Assembly (NCBI GenBank): GCA_040954595.2 | Contig: CM082588.2 | Location: 4,218,156-4,282,155, forward strand | Length of the DNA: 64,000 nucleotides | Source of the DNA: Balanoglossus misakiensis | Lineage: Eukaryota; Animalia; Hemichordata | Reading direction: 5' to 3' | Shown: piece after piece, positions 1 to 13,594 of the stretch | Layout: each line of letters opens with the position of its first letter | Numbering within the stretch: the stretch's first letter is position 1 | Program-made: the position numbers and the translations under genes | The notes under the pieces: model-generated | Database searches by the model: none | What the model saw: the letters and a program-made list of their open reading frames with translations, nothing else | Told to the model about the DNA's origin: nothing

Positions 1-1314
1 AATTCCGCTTGCCATATTGACCACTCGACCTGCACAAAACATTGTGAGACAATCAGGATTTCATGACCTAACAGCAAAGAATAACGCGACAAAAACCATT
101 TCGACATAGGATTTTCATATCTGGGTTTACTAAGATGCCAAATCCACGATAGTTGTGTACTTTTTGTATGGAGTTCGATTAAACGGGTGCGGTACCCGTT
201 TAATAATGTATAACGTGTTAAAATCGCAACAGCCACAATCGGACCAATCTATGTTGAAAAGTAAAATCCTGAATAAAGCGCAAAAAAGTGGCAGCTCATG
301 GGGGCTTTGAACGAAAGGACAAACTGACCCTTGGCCTTTCTGATTAGAGGCAGAACCGCCTTGGTGATACGTATCATTCCAAGTACGTTGACTTCGTAAA
401 TAAACCGATATTTTTCCGTGCTACACCATTCCACTTCACCGAATGAGGATGCCCCAGCATTATTCACAATTGCCCACAAACCTGTCGAAGAAAATGACAT
501 GCTAGCCTATTGGTGAGATGGTGTAAGGCTGTACGTACACTGGGAGATCACTGTTTCTCATGTTACGGTTACATTATTACCCACTATCCCATTCAGCACA
601 TAGATCAGTCAGAAATTAAGTTCAGTTTCCTCATGTTTCTAACAAATAAACCGAAATATATTTGTCCATCGTTTAAAACTTGTATTCAAGTCTGGATTTG
701 AATGCAATTGTCTACAATGACAATTGTATAGACCTGGTGAAATGAGAATGCAGTGCCAATATATATTACGGAGCCTTCAGTAATTACAACGGGTGGGCCC
801 TGGAAGTCAAGACGCACTTGTACTGTACAAAAGTTACCCTTCCTCCAATTCCCCCGGCCCACCCCCTGCAAATACTGAAGACTCCCTCACCGTCGGTCTT
901 GTTTGGAAGTTTCTCCTTGATTAGCTGTACAGCTTCTTTAACTTCTTGTTCTGAGGTTACATCAAGCTGGAGTACAAAAAGTCGACCGGGATCGACATCT
1001 TCCAACTCCTTTGATCCACTGCCACCGGCCCTGTTCTTCATCAAACACCCGGCGAAGACGAGAAACCCGAGCGAGTGGAGGTGCTTCGCAAGCCGCAGAC
1101 CGAATCCGGAATCGCACCCGGTGATCAAGACTGCCTTGCCGTTAACTGGTAGGCGTCTCCTCGGGGTGCAAATCCTGGCCACGAACGCTGTGGCTGCCAC
1201 TACGATAAAGCCCATACCTGTTTTCGCCGCCAGACTGGAGGCTGGAAGAATTACACACGTCATTAGCAGCCACAGCAGTACAGGTAGTATCATGAACTGG
1301 ATGATCGACGTCAT
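1..1314 (-). CDS. BDH1: D-beta-hydroxybutyrate dehydrogenase-like short-chain dehydrogenase/reductase, 5' part (exons 1314-891, 481-329, 29-1; continues beyond the left edge)
   Basis: KAVLITGCDSGFGLRLAKHLHSLGFLVFAGCL (TGxxxGxG), GLWAIVNNAG, FGEVEW, LPLIRKAKG|RVVNMAS. GT-AG introns keep the frame. Hydrophobic N-terminus. Orthology versus paralogy within the family is unresolved. Confidence 0.85.
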
Positions 1315-1519
1315 TTCTGAGTGATAGCAACCTACGAAAATATCTTCCGGTTGGTGTTTCAGGGATCAGTCTATTGCAACTGAACTGGTACGACCTTTGA
1401 CCGGTTTCGGCGTTCAATTATGTGAGCCCTAAGCGTCGGCAAGAGTTTGCTCAGAGAGATAGCGTACAACAGGTGGTTGTATGGCCGCACATGACATATA
1501 AACGTATCGTCGTCAAGGT

Positions 1520-1531
1520 ATCATCATCATC

Positions 1532-1563
<32 letters not shown>

Positions 1564-1565
1564 CA
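1520..1565. repeat. (CAT)n microsatellite
   Basis: About 15 tandem CAT/CAC units. Confidence 0.95.
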
Positions 1566-2014
1566 GGTAGCCCATAAGGGTCTGTACAAATAGGTGTCAG
1601 ACACCACCATGCACTTTATACGGCTATTGCTACCCTTCCTGACTTTCAAACCCAGCCATTCATAATCACCAAAACTTCACTCACACGCAACGTCTCAACA
1701 AAGACGTTTTCAGCACTAGAAAGGACAGAAAGCACAGAAGTGTAGTTAACTCCACATTTGCTTTTTATTACAACAGTAAATTGCACTTCACATCATCTCA
1801 AAAACCTCAGTACAAATTTCCAATAAAGTTTATAGAACAAAATAAATCACCACACAAGTGACCAAAACCTATGATTTATGCAAAAGTCATACAGTTTTCG
1901 AAAACAAAACTTCAAGTATAGCGCTAACAGAAAGTGGATATGTGACGGGAGAACGTGAAATATAAGATGAAATAAATTCGATTAAAAACAAGTTTGTGTT
2001 AATAAAAGTGTGTG

Positions 2015-3268
2015 CTACCGAATCGTGATATCTTCTATATGTTCTCCATTGACACAAATTGCAACTTCTATGTTACTCGCATCTCCTAAATCACTCGCAT
2101 CTATGTTGCCCTCTGCGTTAATCGTAGCGATTTCGTCAACCGGGTTTTTTTCCGTATTCAATATCACATCTACTGGTTGTTCAAACATCGGCTGTCCGTG
2201 TAGGCTTATGTTGTCCCCCGATTTTTCAATTAATAAGTCTCTCGGTTTGCGCGTATTCACTTGCAATCTTTTTTGAACGACTTTCGGCGCGTTTTGTCCC
2301 GATCCACTGAAGTTGGGTGGACATATGTGCTTTCTGAAATTTTGCGACCAAAGACAGTATATGACTGGATTAAGCATACTACTCATAAATGAAACGCTGT
2401 ACATTAACATCGTATAGAAGGGATTGTTAGGTATTAACTTAGAGACTCGAAGGGCGATCAGCACTCCAAGAGGAAGGTACGTTACTATATAAACGGTAAG
2501 GACTGACAGACAAATACGTAAAGAAGCCAACTCCCGTTTCTCAATATTGCTTGTTTTGATGTTGGTCAACTTCGCCGTGTTTCTCGTACAGCATTTCCAT
2601 AATATATACACGTAGGTGAAACAAATGGTAATTACACATACACAGATTAAAAATGTACCACCCCACCGAGCAAATTTCACACCCTGCCGTTCCTCCAGTT
2701 GTGATTCGTCTGTGAAACAGCGTCGTCCTGATCCGACCAAAGTTGCAGCTAAGCCAATGCTGGCGCCCAGTGTGTAGCTAACCCCGATGGACGTCTTCGT
2801 CGTCTTTGCTAGCACATGCTGCTGGAACCTGCCGCTTATGGCCAGCGCTCGGGTGACGCTCAGTCCGGCGAGACTTGTAGCCGAGGTCGTCAGGCACAGG
2901 TTGGAGACGAAGATGTACGTCTTGCAAAGTTGAAGATTGGCGAAGATGCTGCGTTGGTGTAGTGTGTAGATGACTGCGCTGCAGAGCATCAGTGGGCACA
3001 CGAAGACGCAAGTCAGCAGGTCGTTCACGGCCACCGAGAACAACTGAATATTGCCCGGTGTTCGCAGAGTTTTGACCGTGCCGATGAGGAAACAGACAGC
3101 TGCGTTGCCAACCGTACCGAACACGATGATCGGACTCAGTATTACACAAGTAGCAATCAAAACAATTTGATCATCACCACTCATCAGCCCCAAATCACCA
3201 TGGGTGGAGTCATTGGAGGTGTCGGCAACTTCAGTGGTCGAGTTCAGCGTTGCATTGAAGATCTCCAT
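2015..3268 (-). CDS. Intronless orphan rhodopsin-like (class A) GPCR, about 417 aa
   Basis: Seven hydrophobic segments; N-terminal N-glycosylation sites (NAT, NST, NDS); TM1 GN, TM2 AVND, TM3 Cys, TM6 TYLP, TM7 NPVIY. The ATG at 3268 is preferred; an in-frame upstream ATG exists at 3412. Confidence 0.9.
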   Translation of the reverse strand: MEIFNATLNSTTEVADTSNDSTHGDLGLMSGDDQIVLIATCVILSPIIVFGTVGNAAVCFLIGTVKTLRTPGNIQLFSVAVNDLLTCVFVCPLMLCSAVIYTLHQRSIFANLQLCKTYIFVSNLCLTTSATSLAGLSVTRALAISGRFQQHVLAKTTKTSIGVSYTLGASIGLAATLVGSGRRCFTDESQLEERQGVKFARWGGTFLICVCVITICFTYVYILWKCCTRNTAKLTNIKTSNIEKRELASLRICLSVLTVYIVTYLPLGVLIALRVSKLIPNNPFYTMLMYSVSFMSSMLNPVIYCLWSQNFRKHICPPNFSGSGQNAPKVVQKRLQVNTRKPRDLLIEKSGDNISLHGQPMFEQPVDVILNTEKNPVDEIATINAEGNIDASDLGDASNIEVAICVNGEHIEDITIR

Positions 3269-3290
3269 CTCATCGAAAAGACGTAAACGG

Positions 3291-3371
3291 ACACGAGAGC
3301 GATAACTTCTTCGCTTGTATGAAGTCTGCACACGAGAGCGATAACTTCTTCGCTTGTATGAAGTCTGCACA
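3291..3371. repeat. Exact 39-bp tandem duplication upstream of the GPCR start codon
   Basis: ACACGAGAGCGATAACTTCTTCGCTTGTATGAAGTCTGC occurs at 3291 and at 3330. Confidence 0.95.
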
Positions 3372-3848
3372 GATCTGCGCTGTAGGTGAGACTGGGGCTG
3401 GTTTTTACGCATAGACTTCGATGAATGGTTGTCTAGACCACAGTTGCTATGGCAGCAATTGACCACCCAACGTCGTATTAAAGTATAATTGGTACGGAAA
3501 ATGGAGGTGCTCCTTACAATCTGACTCAACAGTAAGTAATTGAATATAAAATGTTTGGGTGGTTGAAGACACGATGAAGATGCGATATATAATTGGGATA
3601 ATCTGATAATTTGCTTGAATTCAAATCCCGTATCATGGCCGTACAGATTACAACAGTATTACCTTTATCTGTTTGCTAGGAAAGTCTCTTCATGTACCGA
3701 TCAAGATCTCCCTACAACCCTTTGCAAGGATCCTATATTATGCATATTCATGCTGATCTTAACTACAACATAAAGTAGAGTTTGACAGCACGCTAAGATC
3801 ATACATGCAGTCTTCATTCAGCTACTAATAAGAGCCTTTTATGAACTA

Positions 3849-4093
3849 CAATGTACAAACGTTCTTCATACGGTAGCCGAGCATTCTCACATGCTGCACC
3901 GAAACTGTGGAACTCTCTGCCACAAGACATTCGTCAAGCTCCAAGTTTGAGTATCTTTAAGAAAAGACTGAAGACGCATTATTTCGCAAGAGCATATGGT
4001 GTGGGCCAATGAGCACAAGCGCCTTTGAGTATGACACTTGTTATAGATACTGGCGCTATTCAAATTTCTCTGATTGATTGATTGATTGATTGA
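3849..4093 (+). mobile_element. 5'-truncated L2/CR1-group LINE 3' end with (TGAT)n tail
   Basis: Translates YGSRAFSHAAPKLWNSLPQDIRQAPSLSIFKKRLKTHYF, the typical L2/CR1 ORF2 C-terminus; stop at 4010-4012; short UTR; tetranucleotide tail 4071-4093; possible TSD TGAACTA (3842, 4091). Confidence 0.85.
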
Positions 4094-4618
4094 ACTAGTC
4101 CTGAAGCATGAGTTTCCAAAGACAAGGATGCAAGAGTGATACAGGAGTTAAAGTGTCATGTGACACTATTAAAGTCACCGACTTACAGCTCACTCATAAA
4201 GGACAACAAATGTTTGTATAACAAATTTCAAAAACACAGAATGTCATTTCTGTGAAAAGGTTTAACAAAGACAATCAAAACTGAAATTGTAATGTTATAT
4301 ACACATTTACACTTATTATCTTTATTCAACTTTTAAAATCAAACAAGAATTCATCCAATTTGATTATATTAAGGACACTTGGGACCCCCTTAACATGCAT
4401 ATACTGTCAGTACTTAAGTTAAAAACTCCAAATTTTACCTTAATTTTTTTCAGTAAAAATTACTGACAAGTTCATCTAGACTTGTAAATATATACATGTA
4501 TCTGACTTGGAAGAGATAGCAATTTTTTGCAAGCTTGGTTTTCACGACAGGAAACTTGGGCAACCAGAAATATACCGTAGGTGTCCTACTATAAAATCAA
4601 CGCTGTTAGGTTTTTAAG

Positions 4619-7600
4619 TTACAGATCTTCCATGAGTAGTGCGATGTGGCTTCTCCCGACTTCTCCTAGCTGATCCAAGACTTTGCAAACTGCGCGACTG
4701 TGGATTGGATATAACACAGAAATACTACATTTATACCTAATCTTCCCAATTCAATTAATCTTAGAGATGGATTTGTAACATGCTGATGTAGATATTAGAT
4801 TGGGGTGGCAGAACTATGAGTACAGTACATGTAGACACAATCATGGAGTTTCGGAAAGAAATTGCGATCATACCCCTCTTTGTCTCCCCCACCCCACCCC
4901 ACCCAAAAACACATAATCCTAGGACAAGATTCATATTCAAATGGATATTGTAAGAACAGACACACACAAAAAACAATACAGCACAATATTAATAAAAGAA
5001 CGTAGAACAAAACACAAAAGATATATGGACCTCTGATTAAAAAATTTTTTTTCGAAAATAGTAAGTACCCTGCCCCACATGTAAATATAACATGTACATT
5101 CTTTGAAATTAAATTACTGCTGACTACTTTCTAACTGACATACCGAAGATTCTTGTCTTTTCCCACTCCCCGCTTCATCTCAACCTGGTATACCTCTTCA
5201 ACGAGCTTTGGCGTTACATCAGCTACGACTGCCGCACACATGATTGCCAAAGCTTCTAAGACGTGCAGCACACGGATGTAAGCCATCCTGAAGTTCTTTA
5301 TTATGAACACGCGGAGAGCCGTCTCCACTTTGTCCCTAGGCAAATAAAAGATAAAACCACATTTGGCATATTTTTTTTCAAAACCAAACTAGTGTGTGAT
5401 AGTGATAGTGTCTCCATATGGAAATGGGCATAAAGTCATTGTTTTTACTTTTTCATCTCAATATATGCTGTATGCATGTAAACATGTCACAGGGGTTCTT
5501 CTTACCTTGGAACAAGGTGGGGTACCTTTTGATAGGCATCAAGAACTGACTGAAGCACTCCGATCGCTAGCTTCTTGACATTGCTTACAGAAGTTGACTC
5601 GGCAATCAACAGAACATCCAGTGTTGGGCCAAAGACAAGTAAGGTAGTTCTGAAATGAAAAAAAAAACTCTTGTGAAAAATTTCCTATAGCGTACACCAG
5701 CACTCAAAAGATTTTAGTATTTCTATAGAATTCAATAGAAAATAATTGTCAAATGGGGAGAATGTAACACAAGTGCATACCTGGCTGTGTTCTGTACAGA
5801 AGCCTGTTTGTATAGTTCTTTGAGGAAAACTAGAGTGTTGGTGATGACTGGAGTAAGCTGGTTGTTTCTGGGTACCAGGTGGGTGGTACATATTTGCTCC
5901 AATAAAAAATGCTGGAAATTCCTAAAAAAAACAAGCATATTATATATCAATCACAAACCTACTGTCATAAGATACAGCATTAAATGGCAGTCACTTTCTG
6001 CATTGTACAGTACACAGAGTACCAGTGACATTTGTGTACATGGTTGACAAAATCATCATTCTATAAAGTTGGACCTCTACAGAGGGAACTGGGGTGAAAG
6101 GGTTAATGCTCACTGGAGATTTAACTCTTTCACCCCCAGTTCCCTCTATAGAGGTCCAACCTTACCATAGAAAACCATGGGTTTGGACTGAACCATGGTG
6201 TTGAGAGGGTTAACATGAATCTTTTACCTTGCAGGTTCACTGGCAGTGTCCAAGTTTAGCAGTGTAGTCTGAAAGTAAGAAAATTATGGATAAATCGACA
6301 ACTTAAAAATGATTGGAAATTGGATTACTTAAGTCTTCTGTGAATTTAAATGCACAGGGCACTTAATCTAAAGTCATACTCTATTGGGTGTCTGGGTGTG
6401 GCAAAAAGAAACTGGGGCCATGCATAGTCTTCAGAACAAAATGAGTCCCCCAAACTTGTCTATATTCTATATTACACAGTGTGGGGAGACTTTTTGAAAA
6501 CAAAGAAGAAAATCTAGTGTTCACCATCTTGTTTTCATAAAAATCACTACTTTACATTTTTCTCCATAGAGTTAGTTTGAAGCTTTAATCTTTAGACAGT
6601 TTTACTCCCACATTCAAAATTGTTAAATTGTTATTCTCATTTTTAAGAGAGAACAATCTGGAGTTGCCTTGAGCAAAGAATGAGAAAAAGCTTAAGATTT
6701 TGATTTTCAAGGCGTAGTCTACCTTAAAGGTAGCTGTTAGTATTATTATAGCAGCTTACCAGGAATGGATGACTTGTACTACAAGACAGATTTGCATCTA
6801 TGCCAGCTGTGACCGATGCTCTCTGTAAAGGCATATAAACATGAAGATATTTATGAGGATATATCCTGTCAAGAGCCCTAGCAGATTTTTATTCAGCAGA
6901 CCTTTTTCTTATGGACGAACTAAACCACACTGACGTGTCAGGAAAAATTAGCATAGCAAATATTAAGGTTTTTCAACAATTTGGTAATCAGAATTTTCAT
7001 GCTATCCATTGGGTATTTATACAGCGATCCCTTTCTATTCTGAATAAATAAAATGTCGCATTCTTTCGCCCGTGTGTGTCACTAAATGTCAATTTCGAAA
7101 TGAGCCAAGGAGGGTGCTCAGGTAAGAGCCCACCCCTTACTTTATTCCAATTTGTGATGTGTAGGCCTGGGCTCTAACCAGAAAAAAAATACAGTACATT
7201 TGGATAAGTCCACCTACCATTTGGAATCGATTGAAATACTGGGTCACAATGTCTTTGATTCTGCGCTGAAGGTAGGGATCTCTCTTGTAATCCAAAACAG
7301 CAAAGCCATCAAGAAACTATTATTAAAAACAAAAGAAAAGGAGAAATCCATAGGCTACCTGTTATCGCTAGTTACCAGAGAGGTTTAGTTACACGTAATT
7401 ATGTATTCCACTGACGTAAGAATATAGGGTACACTTACAGTGATTACAGTCTACGCAATAAAAGTGCCAAAAGCCATTGAAAAATAAAATGATGTACGGA
7501 AAATTATCTTTCCCACATTGATGGTCGTGGGTAGAAGGGTCTGTGGGCTTGACGTCAACATCATGTGTTATTCACAGAACCATTGGACGTAATTACATGG

Positions 7601-10600
7601 AACTGAACCCCCCTATTATCTGCAGCAACATTTGAATGAAGACCAATTCACTATCAACTCAGCAAGTCTGTGGGCTTGACATTAACATCATGTGCTATTC
7701 ACAGAACCATTGGACATAATTACATGCAACTGAACCCCCCTATTATCTGCAGCAACATTTGAATGAAGACCAATTCACTATCAACTCAGCAAGTCTGTGG
7801 GCTTGACATTAACATCATGTGTTATTCACAGAACCATTGGACATAATTACATGCAACTGAACCCCCCTATTATCTGCAGCATCATTTGAATGAAGACCAA
7901 TTCACTATCAACTCAGCTAAGTCTGTGGGCTTGACATTAACATCATGTGTTATTCACATAACAATTGGACATAATTACATGCAATTGAACCCCCCCCCCC
8001 TATTATCTGCAGCAACATTTGAATGAAGACCAATTCACTATCAACTCAGCTAAGTCTGTGGGCTTGACATTAACATCATGTGTTATTCACAGAACCATTG
8101 GACATAATTACATGCAATTGAACCCCCCTATTATCTGCAGCAACATTTGAATGAAGACCAATTCACTATCAACTCAGCAAGTCTGTGGGCTTGACATTAA
8201 CATCATGTGTTATTCACAGAACCATTGGACGTAATTACATGCAACTGAACCCCCCTATTATCTGCAGCAACATTTGAATGAAGACCAATTCACTATCAAC
8301 TCAGCAAGTCTGTGGGCTTGACATTAACATCATGTGTTATTCACAGAACCATTGGACGTAATTACATGCAACTGAACCCCCCTATTATCTGCAGCAACAT
8401 TTGAATGAAGACCAATTCACTATCAACTCAGCTAAGTCTGTGGGCTTGACATTAACATCATGTGTTATTCACAGAACCATTGGACATAATTACATGCAAC
8501 TGAACCCCCCTATTATCTGCAGCAACATTTGAATGAAGACCAATTCACTATCAACTCAGCAAGTCTGTGGGCTTGACATTAACATCATGTGTTATTCACA
8601 GAAACATTGGACGTAATTACATGCAACTGAACCCCCCTATTATCTGCAGCAACATTTGAATGAAGACCAATTCACTATCAACTCAGCTAAGTCTGTGGGC
8701 TTGACATTAACATCATGTGTTATTCACATAACCATTGGACATAATTACACGCAACTGAACCCCCCTATTATCTGCAGCAACATTTGAATGAAGACCAATT
8801 CACTATCAATTCAGCTAAAAGACCCTGATACAGGGGCTGCTTAGACTAGCCCACTAGTCGCTTGGTGATTTTTAAATCTCAATACTTTTTGTGTTTTCGG
8901 TGGTTTTTTGTCTTAATAAATAATTTCAATACTTTTTGCGTGCATGCTTGCCTTTAGCGTGTTTTTGGTAGTGAGGCGAGTTTCGAATTTGCGACTGAGC
9001 TTGTGGTTTCGGGTAGCGTCGACCATGGGCCGACACGTTCCCTACACAGCCCATAGACTTGGAGCAAGTCTAGGGGCTGCTGTGCACATGTCTGTATCCT
9101 GATAATGATTTGCTCACCAGGGACAGATTCTCTCGGATGGCAGTCAGCTGCGATCCAGGGATGGATTTATTTGGATTGAACAAAGCGTGAGGCACAACCA
9201 GACTATCCAAGATGGCGGGTAGAAGACACTGTGGTTTGCCCTGTGAAGACACAAACAGTTCTATAAATGCATAGACAGGAGTGAAATGGTTATTGGTGCC
9301 TGGCAATCTTAAAGGGGGGGAAGGTTGTCTGATCTTCACATGTGCAATTTTTCTCTTTACAAACACTCCACCTGAATTGTTCCTAATGTTCAGAGACCAT
9401 GCCAAACAGTAACAACACAGTTTGCAATCAAATACGGTGTAATACAAAGTAACAGCCACATTGTTTGCAATGATGTACATTGCAGTAATTATAGTTTGCA
9501 CCTACTTTGACTTGCTAGTATTAACGCTTTCTAGCCTGGCTTTCTGGGAACGTACACAAATTTCTCCTATATATAGGATATCCGGGACTGCACTGTCATA
9601 TGGGACCCATACCTGTAGTCAGAGACAGGATGACAGCCACCCTTTAATTCCTGTGTACATTTTCTTTAGTAGACCACTTACTTGTACGTAGATGATCTTA
9701 GCTGTGTATTTGACAATGCTACCACAGATGTGATAAATCCAGTTCATGGCGTATTGCGGACCGGCTGATTTCAAAGTAGGTGTGACATATTTCACGACAT
9801 CTCCAAGATATTGACAGAGGCGGTCACGCAAGCTGACCCTCTCTTGGAAAGTCTGGTGAATAAAGAGAGTCGTATGAATTATGTTTGAAACATGAAAAAG
9901 GTGAGTATGGCTCATTTCATACATTATACATAGCACACGAAGAGTTCCATTGTTTCCACTTTAAGTCAATACCAAAAATTGTGTTGTAGAAAACATATTC
10001 CATGGTATACTCATAGACAGGGTGTGAGAAAAGTTGTAAAAAACAGGGGCATAGCATATTACAGTGAGAAAAACAAATTACCCGTTGAAAGTAACAAATA
10101 GAACCTAATGATAAAAGTAAGTGACTTCCCTTTTAATAGCCTTCAAGTTCATAAAGCCAAAAAAAAATTATCCATCATTTCCAATACCCAATCAAATAAT
10201 TTCATTATTTTGAAGAATAACCAAGTAAAAGATGCAACGAATCTTCTTCAGCTGCATGTTGGGAAAAATGTTGCATACTGGGTAGGTACAATCAGATAAA
10301 AGGAAATCCAACTACGGTACATGTAGCTGGAATAGAACATACCTTTGTCTCATTAAACCTGTGCCCAATTTCCTTTAGAACGCGACACATCATTACCTCT
10401 GTGTTCAAATCATGGTCAGTCACTTCCACCTGTAGCCGGAATTACGCAAGAACATACAAAATGTTTTGTGCCATGAAACTGTTTACTCTGAGGGCTTAAT
10501 TAAAGGATTGAATCTCATATAAGAACATCTTATATGGGGGTCACACAGGCACCAATAAAACGGTTCTGAAGCGTCTCAGTATTCATAGAGAGAATGATCT

Positions 10601-13560
10601 AAAGTTGCCACAAGCACAATACGAGAAAAAGTTAGAGGTTTCAAGTAAACTAGTTAAAGGCAGAGATCAACTCCATGGTCAGATAAGTGTGACACAGGTG
10701 GAAAAGGCGACATACATGAATGAAGTGCCAATATGCCCGAGGATATTGTGGGTGTATGGCCTTTCACTATCAATATCAACTTCATTTTTAACAATATCCT
10801 GTCACGAATCCAGCTTGACGCACGTACACAGCAAATACAAAGACGACAGCAAGAGTACCAATGCCAAATATGAGTATTCATAAAATATAACTAGGTTTAT
10901 GCATCTGTTAGATTTTACAACCAATATGAGACTTCTCCATCATTAATCATTCATAAAATGAATACATTTCATTCTACCCAGATGCCTTCTCCAATTACAG
11001 CCTCATCCTCCATTTGCTACACTTAATTAGCATGGTACACTGAAGGCTTGTTTTCCAGGATATCAATTACTAATTATCTCCATAGGTTAATGTATCGTGC
11101 GTATTACTCGTGTTAGAGTGAATGAAAAATAACGATTAATAGAATATGAGGGACACTAAAACAAGGGAGACATCTGAGCACTGTTACATAGTGTACAAAT
11201 AAAAGAAAATCAGGGACAGTTCTATGACGGGTGAAAATAGATAAATTTCATTGTTATACTTACACCAGCATTAGCAAGTTCTGCAAATTCTGGAATTTTC
11301 CACAGAAACCTGTTTATTTGATAAAAAAAAAAAGATTGGCATAGCCTCTGAATCAATATTATAAAATCTGACAAAAACCATCTTATTGAGTACCAATCTA
11401 CTGAAACAGAACATACTGTCATAAGTCACTTTCATTATAGGAAATGGGATAGCTCGAAGCAACTGATGGAGGTATGCACTTCAAGTATACTGACAAAAGA
11501 GTTTGAAGGAGACATGTACGCTTTATGTTATTCTTTTAAAAAATTAGGAGAGAACAAAATCTCAAATGAATTTTCATCTAATAAGTCGATTTCACTTAGG
11601 AAATGGGATAGCTTGTATGAACTTCTACTGTAGTAACAACAACACCACCCTTACCTGGTCAGTTCTTGCATTTGTTCAGTTGGCTTGAAGGTCAGAAGGG
11701 CACACCTGAACCAAGCATGGATGATTTGCTTCTGGAAGTCTGCACCAATCTCCTTTTGCACTTTATCCATGATAGTCTGGTTCGGTAAGATATGGTACAG
11801 GTACTGGCAACAAATACTGAAGTAATACAAACACACACACACAAGACATTACTCTGAGATAATGTGAAAAATCACCACCAAATACTAGTATATGTACATA
11901 TACACTATCATGTGTATTAACAATTACTGTACAGATTCTAACAAAACATACAATGCCATTTTGCTCTGTTTTACAATACTGTATTTCAAAGATACTTCAT
12001 GACAGATTACATGTACAAAACAAATACACATTTTGCTTTCAACATTTCGGTCATAAAATGTAGTGTGAGTCAAAGGTCGACATTGAAATGGGTATTACCT
12101 GGCATTGACTTGAGTATCCTGCAGACCGAAGTACTGAACCAGACTCAAAAAGGATGGAGTCGATGGATCTCGGAAAGTTGCACTGTGAACAAGAGAAATC
12201 AAAATGTAGAAAATTTATGACGGTACTATATTTGAAGAGTGAAGTGTTAAGAACCTACATACCAAATGTCAATGCAAATGACCAAGATATGGCAAAGTTG
12301 TCCTGAAAATACAAACATGCAAAATTCACCACAATTTGAATCATAGACTTTTCTACAGTCCAGGAACCTGAATACTGAATTTCAAAGCCAGTGGCTTCGG
12401 GGACAATGTTTGACCAAGATGGCACAAACTGCCCGCAAACCACAATTTTGTAGATTTCATGCGAAAAAAATGAACAGACTTACCTGTCTATCGCCAGAAG
12501 AGTAAAATTAACAGCAATGTCGGCCAACTGTGAGGGTGCTGTCATCGTCGTACTGTGAGATTTGATGAACGGATACACATTCTTCCAGAGTGCAGCTGCT
12601 ATGGCTAAAATTAAAGATGATGATTGCTATGGTCAAGAACTGAAAATGGTTGCAAAATTAAAATAATAAACTGCACACAGCAAAATTAGAACCACGTATG
12701 GGTACACACAACGTGAAATGCACCAGTCATTGTGCCCTAATTTGCATGCATATTGTGCATGAATATGGAACATAGTGTACAATAAGATTCTACAGGTTAT
12801 GGCAATAGGTGTATAATAATATGAATTACCTTTGTGCTGTAACTGGAAGACTGCACGGTTTGGTCCTTCGCTTTGTGACAGCGCTCGCTTGCTGACTGAC
12901 CTATAAGATTTGGTAGTGGGGTATTATAACGGCTGAAAGTTGTACTTTTGTTCACATGGGCCACACTTCATTGAGGACATTTCACATTCCCATCTGACCA
13001 CAAAAGGACGTTATCTTGGACCATGTTTTTTTTACAAGATGGCCTCTGATATCTTCCCGTGAGATTTTGATGGCATCAACCTATGAGAAAATATTACATG
13101 CGTATTTCACAGACATACCTGTGTTGTACCAGAAGTGTTTGTATGCACGTCAGCGCAGCCTGGAGTTCATATTCCTTACAGACCGGAAGAATGTGGAGAA
13201 ATCCTTCAGCTGTGAAAAATGAAGTGACAACCAGTGAAATACATACATGTGTTGTCAGAACTAAAAGACAGTGAAGTTCCAGACATCATGAAATAAAAAA
13301 AAAACATGGCTGCATACTCACCAATCAGCTCATCTTCTGATAAATTGAGATAAGTGCTCCTCTCAAAGATTTCCTGTATTCCATCAAGATAGGAGTTCAA
13401 CAGTTCCCAGTATTGGTGGCGCCGGCTGGGGTCGCTATCCATTTGGTTAAAATCCCTAACAGCAGAAATTTGGACAACATTCATGTTTATCCACTTTCCA
13501 TGGTAATAGTTGTCAACATTTCATTACAGGACTTACTAGAAAGATACAAGCCAGGCTTTC

Positions 13561-13594
<34 letters not shown>

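Noticed and set aside
3269-3529. Full 504-aa GPCR ORF from the ORF track
   Set aside because: It begins at TTG, and the extension lacks receptor features; ATG 3268 precedes a typical glycosylated N-terminus.
6860-7185. Degenerate inverted ends (CAAGAGCCCTAG / CTGGGCTCTAAC) suggesting an old MITE
   Set aside because: Too many mismatches and no readable TSD.
7539-8818. CRISPR-like array (also considered for the 62-bp and 42-bp arrays)
   Set aside because: Head-to-tail repeats without unique spacers, no cas genes, eukaryotic context.
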